The notes below the pieces were generated by a model. That model was not told where the DNA came from. It saw only the letters and a list, made by a program, of their open reading frames with translations, and did no database searches. From Desulfopila sp. (lineage in GTDB: Bacteria > Desulfobacterota > Desulfobulbia > Desulfobulbales > Desulfocapsaceae): a stretch of DNA of 64,000 nt. The stretch covers positions 6,708-70,707 of the forward strand of contig JBEPWT010000004.1 in the NCBI GenBank assembly GCA_041642275.1, read 5' to 3'. The translations under genes and the position numbers were made by a program. Of the stretch, positions 18,035 to 26,720 are shown piece by piece. How positions within the stretch are numbered: position 1 is the stretch's first letter; the number at the start of each line of letters is the position of its first letter.

Positions 18035-18976
18035 TTATGTGTTTTGCAATTTTGCCGGTTTGAAGTACATTTTCTTTTCTGTCCCTTCAAGTTCTCTGTA
18101 GCTGATAGTCCATCTTTCACCAATCCATTCGACCACTTCCTCAACCAGTCTCTCGGGAGCCGAGGCGCCGGCGGTTATGCCAATTGCATATCCGTCCTCC
18201 AACCACTCACGGTCAATATCGCTGCTGTCATCGACAAGATAGGCCTGCACGCCGGAACGGATCGCCACTTCCTTTAATCTGTTGGAATTGGAACTGTTTT
18301 TAGAACCTACAACCAGAATGACATCGGTGAGGACCGCCAGCCGCTTGACCGCGTCCTGACGGTTCTGGGTGGCATAGCAGGTGTTGGTGATGGAGCTTTC
18401 GATGCCGGGAAATCTCCTGAGAAGCACTGTGTACATTTTGTCAATATCATCCTGACTCAGAGTGGTCTGGGTCACATAGGCACACTTTTCCGGGTTCTTC
18501 AGCTGCAGTTTTTCCGCCTCCTGCTCATTGGCGATAATATAGACGTCATTGTCAACCCTGCCGGCCGTGCCCTCTACCTCCGGATGGTTATGATGGCCGA
18601 GAATAACTATGTCATAATTTTTTTTGTGATACCTTTCGACTATTCTGTGAATGGAACTTACCAGGGGGCAGGTGGCGTCGATGGTCTTCAACCCAAGTTC
18701 TTTAGCCCTTCTCTCCACATCAACCGCGACACCATGGGCACTGAAAATGCAGATTTCACCGGAGGGTATATCTTCGAGATTCTCGACGAACACCGCCCCT
18801 TTCTCCTCGAGTTCAGCTATAACGTGCCGGTTATGCACTATTTCATGAAGAACATAGACCTTTTTGCCATAGGCATCCAGTGTGTTCTCGACCGTTTTAA
18901 TGGCGCGCACCACGCCGGCGCAAAAGCCGCGCGGCGAAGCAACGATTATTTCTTTTTTCTTTTTGGGTTTCATCAA
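18035..18976 (-). CDS. ispH: 4-hydroxy-3-methylbut-2-enyl diphosphate reductase
   Basis: 313 aa. It has the PRGFCAGV motif, HEIVHN, and a second and third cluster cysteine in the conserved context. Confidence 0.92.
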   Translation of the reverse strand: MMKPKKKKEIIVASPRGFCAGVVRAIKTVENTLDAYGKKVYVLHEIVHNRHVIAELEEKGAVFVENLEDIPSGEICIFSAHGVAVDVERRAKELGLKTIDATCPLVSSIHRIVERYHKKNYDIVILGHHNHPEVEGTAGRVDNDVYIIANEQEAEKLQLKNPEKCAYVTQTTLSQDDIDKMYTVLLRRFPGIESSITNTCYATQNRQDAVKRLAVLTDVILVVGSKNSSNSNRLKEVAIRSGVQAYLVDDSSDIDREWLEDGYAIGITAGASAPERLVEEVVEWIGERWTISYRELEGTEKKMYFKPAKLQNT

Positions 18977-19282
18977 TGAAAGACAATCTCGTAAAAAGTT
19001 ATCGAAGTCGCCGGGATGGGCTCTGATTGGTATTTCTCAGCAACAGAAAAACCGGTCTTCTTTGAGGAAGGCCGGCTTGTAACAAAATCCCAGTAGATCA
19101 ATACTCTTTCAGTTTGTCAATGAATTCCGGCAGGAACAGTGAAATCTGCGGAATATAGGCGATGCAGACGAGGAAAACAACAGAATACTCAACCAGGGCA
19201 ATGCCGCCTTGATAACCCAGCCGATACTGTTGCCCGTTATGCCCGCTGTGACGATAGGTGCCGCTTGAGCTCGCCTGCCCGG

Positions 19283-20872
19283 CTATCTCACCACCACCCC
19301 GGCTTCTCCCATGGCTTCTTTGACCTCGGCAATGGTGACTTCCCGGCGGTGAAAAATTCCTGCTGCCAAGGCTGCCTCCACATCCGATTCAAGAAAAACC
19401 TCGACAAAATGACGCGGTTCTCCGGCACCGCTTGAGGCGATAATCGGTATGCTTACCGCCTCGCGCACCTGCCGGATCAGTTCCAGATCAAAACCGCTGC
19501 TGGTCCCGTCCTTATCTATACAATTCAGAAGAATCTCACCGGCCCCCAGCGCTTCGCAACTGCGGACCAATTCGATAACATCCAGATCCCTTCCCTCTCT
19601 GCCCCCCTTGACGGTACACTGATACCAACAATATTCCTGTCCCTTCGGTCCCTTGAAGCGTGTCTTTATGGTATGATGAGCGGTTTTAGCCGGCGAGTCG
19701 ACATACACCCGCCGTGGATCGACCGAAACGACCACCGCCTGAGCGCCGTAAACTTTTGAAATCATTTCAATAGAACTCTTGCCGCTCTTTTCGCCCTCCA
19801 GCAGATATTTCTCTGCGGCGTAGACAGCGTCGCTGCCTATCGAAACCTTATCGGCGCCGGAGCGGAAATAGGAAGAGGCAACATCCAAAGCGGTATAATG
19901 GTTGCCCTCGGTATCGGTGAACTCCTGAATACCTCCACCGATGGTCAGGGGGACGAAAACGTTTTCCGAGGTCCACTCCAAAACTTCCAGCATCGGCTGA
20001 TCCTTCATGGGAAAATCCCGAAAGCCGGTAATATTGAGGAAGGTTATTTCATCAGCCCCTTCCTCGTAATACCTGCGGGCAAGCTCCACCGGTTTACCGA
20101 GATTCCGCACCTCTCCGCCGGCACCGTCACGGACGTCATACTGGTCGCCCTTCGTCACCACCAGATCGCCATGATCATTGGAACGTACATCAAGACAGGC
20201 GATCACTCTCTTTGCCATGGCAGTAGTTTTCGTTTTGCCAACCGAAGAGGCGTCTGCAGAAGACCTGCCTTTTTGCAAGAAATTCGTCAACAGTTCCAGG
20301 CCGGCCTTGCCGCTTTTTTCGGGATGGAACTGAAAGGCGTAAATATTGCCGCGCTGTACAGAAGAGATGAACTCACAGCCATAGTCGGTGGTACTGAGAA
20401 TCCATTCCCTGTTTTCATCTACGATCTCTCCATAATAGGAATGGACAAAATAGAGCTTGTCATTTTCGTAGCCGGCGAAAAGATCTGCGACTTTGGCTAT
20501 TTTAATACTGTTCCAGCCAATTTGCGGCACCGACAGGTGATGGCCCCTGAATTTTCGCACCATGCCGGGTACAACGCCGAGACCGGGGACCCCGGGGGCC
20601 TCCTCGCTGCCTGCAAACATGGTCTGCAAAGCCACGCAGATGCCAAGAAGCGGTTTGTCCTCATGTATTCTGCGAATAAGCGGTTCCACATAACCCTTCT
20701 CCCGCAGGCGCTCCATGACCACTCCGAAATTACCGACCCCGGGAAATATAAGCTTTTCGGCGGTGATGATATCTTCCGGCCTGGCAACGTCTTCAATATC
20801 GAAACCGAGCATTTTCACCGCATTCCTGACGCTGCGTACATTACCGGCTCCGTAGTCCAGCATTTTTATCAT
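19283..20872 (-). CDS. hisHF: Imidazole glycerol phosphate synthase, fused glutaminase (HisH) + cyclase (HisF) in one polypeptide
   Basis: 529 aa. The N-terminal class-I glutamine amidotransferase has GICVALQ and a FQFHPEKS-type His/Glu pair. A linker follows, then a HisF barrel (ACLDVR..., GADKVSIG, SGGAG-like SSGAG). Confidence 0.9.
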   Translation of the reverse strand: MIKMLDYGAGNVRSVRNAVKMLGFDIEDVARPEDIITAEKLIFPGVGNFGVVMERLREKGYVEPLIRRIHEDKPLLGICVALQTMFAGSEEAPGVPGLGVVPGMVRKFRGHHLSVPQIGWNSIKIAKVADLFAGYENDKLYFVHSYYGEIVDENREWILSTTDYGCEFISSVQRGNIYAFQFHPEKSGKAGLELLTNFLQKGRSSADASSVGKTKTTAMAKRVIACLDVRSNDHGDLVVTKGDQYDVRDGAGGEVRNLGKPVELARRYYEEGADEITFLNITGFRDFPMKDQPMLEVLEWTSENVFVPLTIGGGIQEFTDTEGNHYTALDVASSYFRSGADKVSIGSDAVYAAEKYLLEGEKSGKSSIEMISKVYGAQAVVVSVDPRRVYVDSPAKTAHHTIKTRFKGPKGQEYCWYQCTVKGGREGRDLDVIELVRSCEALGAGEILLNCIDKDGTSSGFDLELIRQVREAVSIPIIASSGAGEPRHFVEVFLESDVEAALAAGIFHRREVTIAEVKEAMGEAGVVVR

Positions 20873-21052
20873 TGCGTTTTTATCCTTTTACCCAGGGAAG
20901 CACGCCGTGCCGGTGATAGATGTCACCGACGGCGATGCAGATGAAAATCCACCATCTCTTGTGAATTGCCGCCTCTTGATGCACTGTCTGCAAAGGTATC
21001 ACAAATATTTGCCCCGCCTTTCCCGCCGATGCCGGACAGACCTGTGAAAACC

Positions 21053-21084
21053 AAAAAGGCCATTCCCTCATGGGATGGCCTTTT
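21053..21084 (-). terminator. Rho-independent terminator after hup
   Basis: Minus-strand RNA: AGGCCAU / AUGGCCU 7-bp stem (extendable by A-U pairs), 11-nt loop, then UUUUU. It lies downstream of the hup stop at 21267. Confidence 0.6.
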
Positions 21085-21266
21085 CGGTGTATCTCTGTTT
21101 TCGAACAGAAGCCGGTTGCTTCTACATCGATTGATCGTGGAGTAAATTCCTCGTATGCCTGAACCGCTATGTCATTTCAGACGCCAGATCTCTTCCCTGC
21201 TTTTTCTACTCTTCGGTCCTGCGACGCGGTCTTGGGGCGTATGGGACATTCACGAATGCCGAAGGC

Positions 21267-21539
21267 TCAGTTGATCGCTTCGGACAATTTGCTGCCGGCT
21301 TTGAACTTGGCAATTTTTTTAGCTGGAATCTTAATGGTATCCCCGGTCTGAGGATTTCTTCCCTGACGGGCATCACGTTTGGAAACAGAGAAGGTACCAA
21401 AACCAACCAATGTCACTTTGTCACCCTTCTTGAGTGCATCAGCTATCGCTGCCAAAGTGCCGTTCAATGCCTTTTCTGCAGATGCTTTGCTGATGTCGGC
21501 AGCGCCAGCGATACTCTCAACCAATTCCTTCTTGTTCAT
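21267..21539 (-). CDS. hup: Histone-like DNA-binding protein HU
   Basis: 90 aa. Canonical HU sequence (MNKKELV...GFGTF.V..R.AR.GRNP.TG..I.I.A). Confidence 0.95.
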   Translation of the reverse strand: MNKKELVESIAGAADISKASAEKALNGTLAAIADALKKGDKVTLVGFGTFSVSKRDARQGRNPQTGDTIKIPAKKIAKFKAGSKLSEAIN

Positions 21540-21613
21540 GAATTCCTCCCTACTAAATCTTTCTCACTTAGCAACAGGCCTTTTGCGCTGTTCCCTTTCT
21601 CCTAGTGTTTGAT

Positions 21614-21675
21614 GCTTTACTCAAACTGCATCAGATTGTCAAAAGAAAAAAAGATTTTTTTCTTCTTTTGGCAAA
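21614..21675 (-). promoter_or_regulatory. Candidate hup promoter with A/T-rich UP-like element
   Basis: On the minus strand: TTGACA (21642-21637), a 17-nt spacer, then TAAAGC (a weak -10, 21619-21614). Directly upstream is an A/T-only imperfect palindrome (21643-21675). Confidence 0.3.
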
Positions 21676-21805
21676 AGCTGTAAAAAGCCACAACCCTTTA
21701 TAATCAGGCTTTTAGGTCGAAATAATAGGACACCTTAATGTAAACCTCAGCCATTATCAAGCACTAATTTGTGCCGAAGCCCCATTTTATCGACTTCTCC
21801 GCGGA

Positions 21806-22591
21806 TCACCTTCCTCTGAGGTTGAGGAAAACGTCGGCAAACCCTTCGCTCCGGCACAGGTTTGTTATTGCTATTCTATTATGAGTACGTGATATTCGCT
21901 GAAAATCCTGCTGACGAACCTCAAGAAGAAGCCCTTTTTCCACAGGCCGTGCACGGCATCCCGTAAAACCCAGATCCTCGAGCTGATCTTCAATCCTTTT
22001 CACCCTGTGCAGATCGCTGCCGCATATCCTGGGCAAATATGCCAGGCGGGTTGCCAGACATGAGTTCGAGGGCAGGTTATAATGGGAAATGCCAAAGAAC
22101 TTGGCCAGAAACCGTATCTCCTTCTTGCCTATTCCAGCCTGTTCCAGAGGTGCATATACCTGCAGTTCTTCGAGAACGGCATAGCCGGGCCGCTGCTGCC
22201 TGTGATCATCGGCATTCGTGCCGTCGAGCAGAATGGAAATGCCCTCCTGCGCCAGTCGTTTTTGGAAAAGGGTGTAGGTTTTCTTTTTGCAGTGATAACA
22301 TCTGGCGTGATCGTTGTTGATGAAATCCGGCCAGCTCAGAGGGTTGAGTTCGATAACTTCCAACGTGGCAATATCTTGAAAATCCGTGGTGAAAATTCTT
22401 TCGACATCGACACTACGGTTCAGCACTGACCGGCCGTGAAGGGCAAGGACATTGTCCTTTCCCAACACTTCCCCCGCAGCATGCAGCAGCAGGGAGGAGT
22501 CTATGCCGCCGGAAAAGGCCACGCCCGCACGTTCATAGGACCGGATCATACCCTTGAGATCCTCGTATTTCTGCAAAACCGGCGTGACCAT
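21806..22591 (-). CDS. PP-loop ATP pyrophosphatase of the LarE / TIGR00268-type sulfur-transferase family
   Basis: It has the SGGIDS PP-loop, a RCYHCKK motif, DGTNADD and SCLATR motifs. The start is set at the ATG at 22591, 4 nt after the upstream stop. The track ORF extends to 22681, which overlaps the upstream gene. Confidence 0.8.
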   Translation of the reverse strand: MVTPVLQKYEDLKGMIRSYERAGVAFSGGIDSSLLLHAAGEVLGKDNVLALHGRSVLNRSVDVERIFTTDFQDIATLEVIELNPLSWPDFINNDHARCYHCKKKTYTLFQKRLAQEGISILLDGTNADDHRQQRPGYAVLEELQVYAPLEQAGIGKKEIRFLAKFFGISHYNLPSNSCLATRLAYLPRICGSDLHRVKRIEDQLEDLGFTGCRARPVEKGLLLEVRQQDFQRISRTHNRIAITNLCRSEGFADVFLNLRGR

Positions 22592-22595
22592 GGCG

Positions 22596-23756
22596 TTATG
22601 AGCAGACACCGGGAAGGGTTTCGGCTGGTCTGTTGAGAAGGAAGCGGCCGTCGGCAATCCATCTCTTGAGCGTCTCGGCAATTTCCCGGGCCTTTACCAC
22701 GGAGGAAAGCGGGGCAGTCTGTACCTCCTTGCCGTTGACCATGATGGTCCCTGATTTGAGTTGATGATAGCTCACCTCGCCCAGGTCACGGGCGATACCA
22801 TTGGTGTAGTCATAGCCGTAGTCAACCACCTGGGTGAACAGCTCCTTATCGGAAACCCCGGTAAACAGGGCCATTTCAGCATCGAGAATGGGTATCGGTA
22901 TTCCCAGCCCCACTGCCAGGGTATTACCGTATCCGAGAATGGAAAGACCGCGAAGCCACTCAGCGGACATCTGCTTCAGATCCCCCTGCACCATCAGGGT
23001 ACCGGCAGGTTTTTTCGGCGCACCGTTTGCAGTTCGTTCGACATGGGGATTATGCTGGGTTCCATTCCAGGTGACATAGCCCATGCCTCCTCCTAAGAAA
23101 ATTCTCGTGCCGATACCGATGGTGCGGTAGCAGGGATCATTGAAAAGAGGGCTCAGTTCGCCGGCACTGCAGTAATTGGCGTTCTGACAGTTCCGCTTGA
23201 GCATGCCCATATAGGTGTATACGGTCTTATCCGTAAGATTGACGGCACAGTTGTAATTCTGGTAGCCATTCCGGGGGTTGCAGAGCAGGGCGTAGGGAAG
23301 ATCATCCAGGCTCACGTATTTTTTGAGTTTTCGCGCCTTGTAGCAGTCAGTGCCGTAGGCCTTTGCCTCCAGATATATCCTCTCCCCGCGCAGAAGGTCT
23401 TCAATGACATGGCCGCCTCCGTATTTGAACTCTCCGGGATAGATTTTGTTGAGCGGATCGTCTTCAGCCGGTTCGGTGGCGCCGAGAAAAGCATCAACGG
23501 CGGCCAGGCCGGCGTAACCGGGAACTTTATTGAACCAGACACGGGAGGTTTTTATGGTCGGCACCATCTGACCGATGTTGAAAAAGGCCCCGGATGAACA
23601 CATCGGGGCAAAGGTGCCGGTGGTGACGACATCAACCTTTTCCGCCGCCTGTTCCGGACCATTTTTTTTGACTATATCAACCATTTCCTCAGCAGTAACG
23701 ACAACTGCCTCTCCGGCGTGTATCTTTGCATTGATCTCTTCGTATGTCTTAGCCAT
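22596..23756 (-). CDS. COG1900/DUF39-family protein (homocysteine biosynthesis, aspartate-semialdehyde sulfurtransferase-like)
   Basis: 386 aa. It resembles the COG1900 domain over its full length (VVTTGTF..MCSSGAFFN..., GGGHVIEDL..., LCNPRN.YQNY...). There are no fused CBS domains and no adjacent NIL-ferredoxin gene. Confidence 0.75.
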   Translation of the reverse strand: MAKTYEEINAKIHAGEAVVVTAEEMVDIVKKNGPEQAAEKVDVVTTGTFAPMCSSGAFFNIGQMVPTIKTSRVWFNKVPGYAGLAAVDAFLGATEPAEDDPLNKIYPGEFKYGGGHVIEDLLRGERIYLEAKAYGTDCYKARKLKKYVSLDDLPYALLCNPRNGYQNYNCAVNLTDKTVYTYMGMLKRNCQNANYCSAGELSPLFNDPCYRTIGIGTRIFLGGGMGYVTWNGTQHNPHVERTANGAPKKPAGTLMVQGDLKQMSAEWLRGLSILGYGNTLAVGLGIPIPILDAEMALFTGVSDKELFTQVVDYGYDYTNGIARDLGEVSYHQLKSGTIMVNGKEVQTAPLSSVVKAREIAETLKRWIADGRFLLNRPAETLPGVCS

Positions 23757-23885
23757 GCCTCTTATCTGTTCTCCCTCTGTAGACAGTGGTTTTGCTTCTG
23801 TTTTTTGGCGCTTTCAGCACTACGTCTGGGCTCACAGCTTACTCCAGCCCGACGAATTTTCCAATAGATTCTATTTTATTCCCGA

Positions 23886-24052
23886 TTACCCCTAATGTTC
23901 AGCAACATATTTTGAGACAGGGTGCCCTTTTCCCGGGACGCCATAAACCCATCCCTGGGGGCTTAACTGCAGCCGTCCTGGCTGCAGATACCCGTGAAAA
24001 GGGCACCCTGTCTCTTGGTAATTGGTCAAGCTGAGTTTCAGGGGTAATCAGA
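23886..24052 (-). repeat. Copy 1 of a ~166-nt structured intergenic repeat, inverted relative to copy 2
   Basis: The reverse complement of 23886-24052 matches 41499-41664 with 4 mismatches by manual alignment. It contains a ~24-bp long-range inverted repeat (GAGACAGGGTGCCCTTTTCCCGGG ... CCCG[T/G]GAAAAGGGCACCCTGTCTC). Confidence 0.9.
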
Positions 24053-24151
24053 ATTTTATTAAATCTTGACAGCTCATAATCTATCCCATAAGTTTCTACA
24101 TCGCTGCCAAACACTGGGGTTTTCATCCTTTTCACACCAACAGGTAAAGCC

Positions 24152-25252
24152 ATGACCGTTGATCCCAACGAGGGTATTAATACAATACGCAATAAAATCG
24201 ACACCATAGATGCAGATATCGTCACCCTGCTCAAAAAAAGGCTCGAACTCGCTAAAGAGATTGGCAGACTCAAGGATGAAGGCAAACGGGCCAAGTGGGA
24301 TCCCCTGCGCGAACGCCGGATATACGATAAGCTCATGACATTGAACCAGGGTATCTTCCCCGAGAATGCTCTCAGGTCGATTTTTCATGAGATCATCACA
24401 AGCTGCAGGCTTTCCCAGAAAAAAGCCGAGGTTGCCTATCTCGGTCCGGAAGCGACCTTTACCCATCTCGCCGGTGTCAAATACTTCGGACACTCCGCCG
24501 ATTATCTCGCCATGGAGTCCATAGACGACGTCTTTTCCCATGTCGAAAAGGGACGTACCGCTTACGGCGTTGTTCCCGTAGAAAACTCGATTGAGGGAGC
24601 GGTATACTCCACTCTCGACTCCTTTATGAAGTACACGGTAAAGATCTGCGGAGAGGTGCGGCTGGCGATCAGTCACAACCTCGTCTGCCGCTCAGGTGAT
24701 ATCGAAGATATCCAGACCGTCGCCTCTCATGCCCAGCCACTGGCTCAATGCCGTCAGTGGTTGAGAAAAAACATGCCCTCGGTACCGACATTGCCGGTGT
24801 TTTCCACTGGAGCGGCGGCGCAGATGGCCGCCAATAATCCCAATATCGGCGCCATCGCCTCCTCTCTTGCCATCAAAACCTATGAACTGCAGGTGGTAGT
24901 GCCCGGCATTGAGGACTACAGCGGCAACACGACCCGATTTCTGGTTATCGGCAGGAACAGCCCTGCCAGAAGTGGGGCAGACCGTACCTCGCTGCTGCTC
25001 GGGCTCATGGACAGACCGGGGGCTCTCAACGAGATATTATCGGCCCTTTCAGAAGAAAACATCAACCTTGCCAAGATCGAATCACGCCCGGTGAAAGGCA
25101 AGCTATGGAAATATCAGTTCTTCATCGACATGCTTGGTCACATCGAGGATGAAACCGTCAGAGCCGGCTGCGAGAAATTAAAGCAGCTCTGCACCTATTT
25201 TGAATGGCTGGGTTCATATCCCAGCGCCGAAGAGTCGTCCTCGGACACCTGA
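24152..25252 (+). CDS. pheA: Bifunctional chorismate mutase / prephenate dehydratase (P-protein) with ACT domain
   Basis: 366 aa. It has an N-terminal CM type 2 helix bundle (R..ID.ID..I..LL..R), a PDT domain (AYLGPE.TF.H.A) and a C-terminal ACT domain. Confidence 0.92.
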   Translation: MTVDPNEGINTIRNKIDTIDADIVTLLKKRLELAKEIGRLKDEGKRAKWDPLRERRIYDKLMTLNQGIFPENALRSIFHEIITSCRLSQKKAEVAYLGPEATFTHLAGVKYFGHSADYLAMESIDDVFSHVEKGRTAYGVVPVENSIEGAVYSTLDSFMKYTVKICGEVRLAISHNLVCRSGDIEDIQTVASHAQPLAQCRQWLRKNMPSVPTLPVFSTGAAAQMAANNPNIGAIASSLAIKTYELQVVVPGIEDYSGNTTRFLVIGRNSPARSGADRTSLLLGLMDRPGALNEILSALSEENINLAKIESRPVKGKLWKYQFFIDMLGHIEDETVRAGCEKLKQLCTYFEWLGSYPSAEESSSDT

Positions 25253-25427
25253 GTAAGCATACGCTATTGCTGGCTAAAACCTTTATTTCCGTACTGTTCG
25301 CCGGTTCTCCTCCCTGCCGTGGCGGTGCATGCGCAACTAAGACGCCATGGCCTTACCCCCTTTTCCCGAAAAAGAATATGACGCCTTCATTGAGGAAGTC
25401 TCCAGAAGCCTTTTGCAGTCCTCCTGA

Positions 25428-25456
25428 TTGACTTTCCCTATGATGGCATATATAGT
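25428..25456 (+). promoter_or_regulatory. Candidate sigma-70 promoter for tsaD
   Basis: TTGACT (25428-25433), exactly 17 nt of spacer, then TATAGT (25451-25456). It lies about 70 nt upstream of the tsaD ATG. Confidence 0.45.
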
Positions 25457-25528
25457 GCCAATTCTTATCTGGACAGCTTCGCCACAAAGGCAGAACGTCA
25501 ACGTACTGCGGTTTTCACGTAAAAACTC

Positions 25529-26533
25529 ATGTTAATTCTCGGAATTGAAACTTCCTGTGACGATACTGCTGCAGCAGTGGTGGAGGATGGCCGGCGAATT
25601 CTTGCCAACGTCGTCAACAGTCAGGATGAAATACACAGCCGTTTCGGCGGCATCGTCCCCGAACTCGCCTCGCGCCGACATCTCGAATCCATAGAACCGG
25701 TGGTCAGAGGCGCTCTTGATACGGCAAATGTCGATCTGCAAGACATCGACCTCATTGCCGCAACACAGGGCCCCGGGCTGACAGGGTCCCTGCTCGTTGG
25801 TTTTTCTTACGCCAAGGCGTTATCCTATGTGAGTGCTATACCTTCTGTCGGCGTCGATCATATGGCAGGTCACCTGCTTGCTGTTTTTCTTGAAGAACGC
25901 ACCCCGGATTTTCCTTACATCGCCCTGATCGCCTCCGGCGGCACCACTTCTATCATGCTCTGTAGCGGCTATACCGATTTCAGGCTGCTTGGCAGAACCC
26001 GCGACGATGCCGCCGGCGAGGCCTTCGACAAGGTAGCCAAAATGCTCGATCTTGGCTATCCGGGTGGACCGGCGGTAGCTAAGAGGGCTGAACGAGGGGA
26101 TCCGCAGGCCCACCGTTTTCCCCGGGCCTGGCTGGAAGAAGGGTCACTGGATTTCAGCTTCAGCGGCCTGAAAACCGCGGTTTTCAACCAGTGTCAGACG
26201 TCAAGGGCTCTCGCTGAGGAGACGAAGGCAGATATCTGCGCCTCTTTCGAGGAGGCAGTGGTCGAGGTCCTGGTAGCCAAATCACTTTTTGCCGCAAAGA
26301 AGCATGGGATCACCACCATGGTTCTGGGAGGGGGAGTTTCGGCAAACGCACGGCTGCGCCAGGAAATGCTCAAATCCTGCAACGCCGGGGGTTTAGAGCT
26401 TTTCTTTCCACATCCTTCTTTGTGCACCGATAACGCCGCCATGATCGCTCTGGCCGGATATCACCGTTATCTCGCCGTCAACACGCCTCTGTCCTATGCA
26501 GCTGACGTCTTTTCACGATCGAAACTAGAGTAA
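25529..26533 (+). CDS. tsaD: tRNA N6-adenosine threonylcarbamoyltransferase
   Basis: 334 aa. The N-terminus ILGIETSCDDTAAAVV and the HM.GH motif are canonical for TsaD/Kae1. Confidence 0.93.
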   Translation: MLILGIETSCDDTAAAVVEDGRRILANVVNSQDEIHSRFGGIVPELASRRHLESIEPVVRGALDTANVDLQDIDLIAATQGPGLTGSLLVGFSYAKALSYVSAIPSVGVDHMAGHLLAVFLEERTPDFPYIALIASGGTTSIMLCSGYTDFRLLGRTRDDAAGEAFDKVAKMLDLGYPGGPAVAKRAERGDPQAHRFPRAWLEEGSLDFSFSGLKTAVFNQCQTSRALAEETKADICASFEEAVVEVLVAKSLFAAKKHGITTMVLGGGVSANARLRQEMLKSCNAGGLELFFPHPSLCTDNAAMIALAGYHRYLAVNTPLSYAADVFSRSKLE

Positions 26534-26720
26534 GATAATCGATGAAGCCTTTCCGGCTCGGCAGATATTATTACCTGTTGTTCACACGGTAAAGGGTGAT
26601 CCCGTTCTCGGGTGCTGGGTGCAGCTGTTTGTCGGAATCCGCAGGAAAAAAATGATCAACACATCAACAATCAATCACTGATGCGTAAAGAGACATTTAC
26701 CACTACTTCTCTTTGTTAAG

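Noticed and set aside
19139-19435. A 98-aa + strand ORF in the ispH-hisHF spacer.
   Set aside because: It is Arg/Cys-rich, runs into hisHF antisense, and has no start context or similarity. The only feature of note in this spacer is the Flp-like frame on the other strand, reported separately at low confidence.
23899-24676. Minus-strand ORFs 23899-24336 (145 aa) and 24074-24676 (200 aa).
   Set aside because: - One reads through the intergenic repeat into pheA antisense, and the other is pure pheA antisense.
- Neither has features of a real protein.
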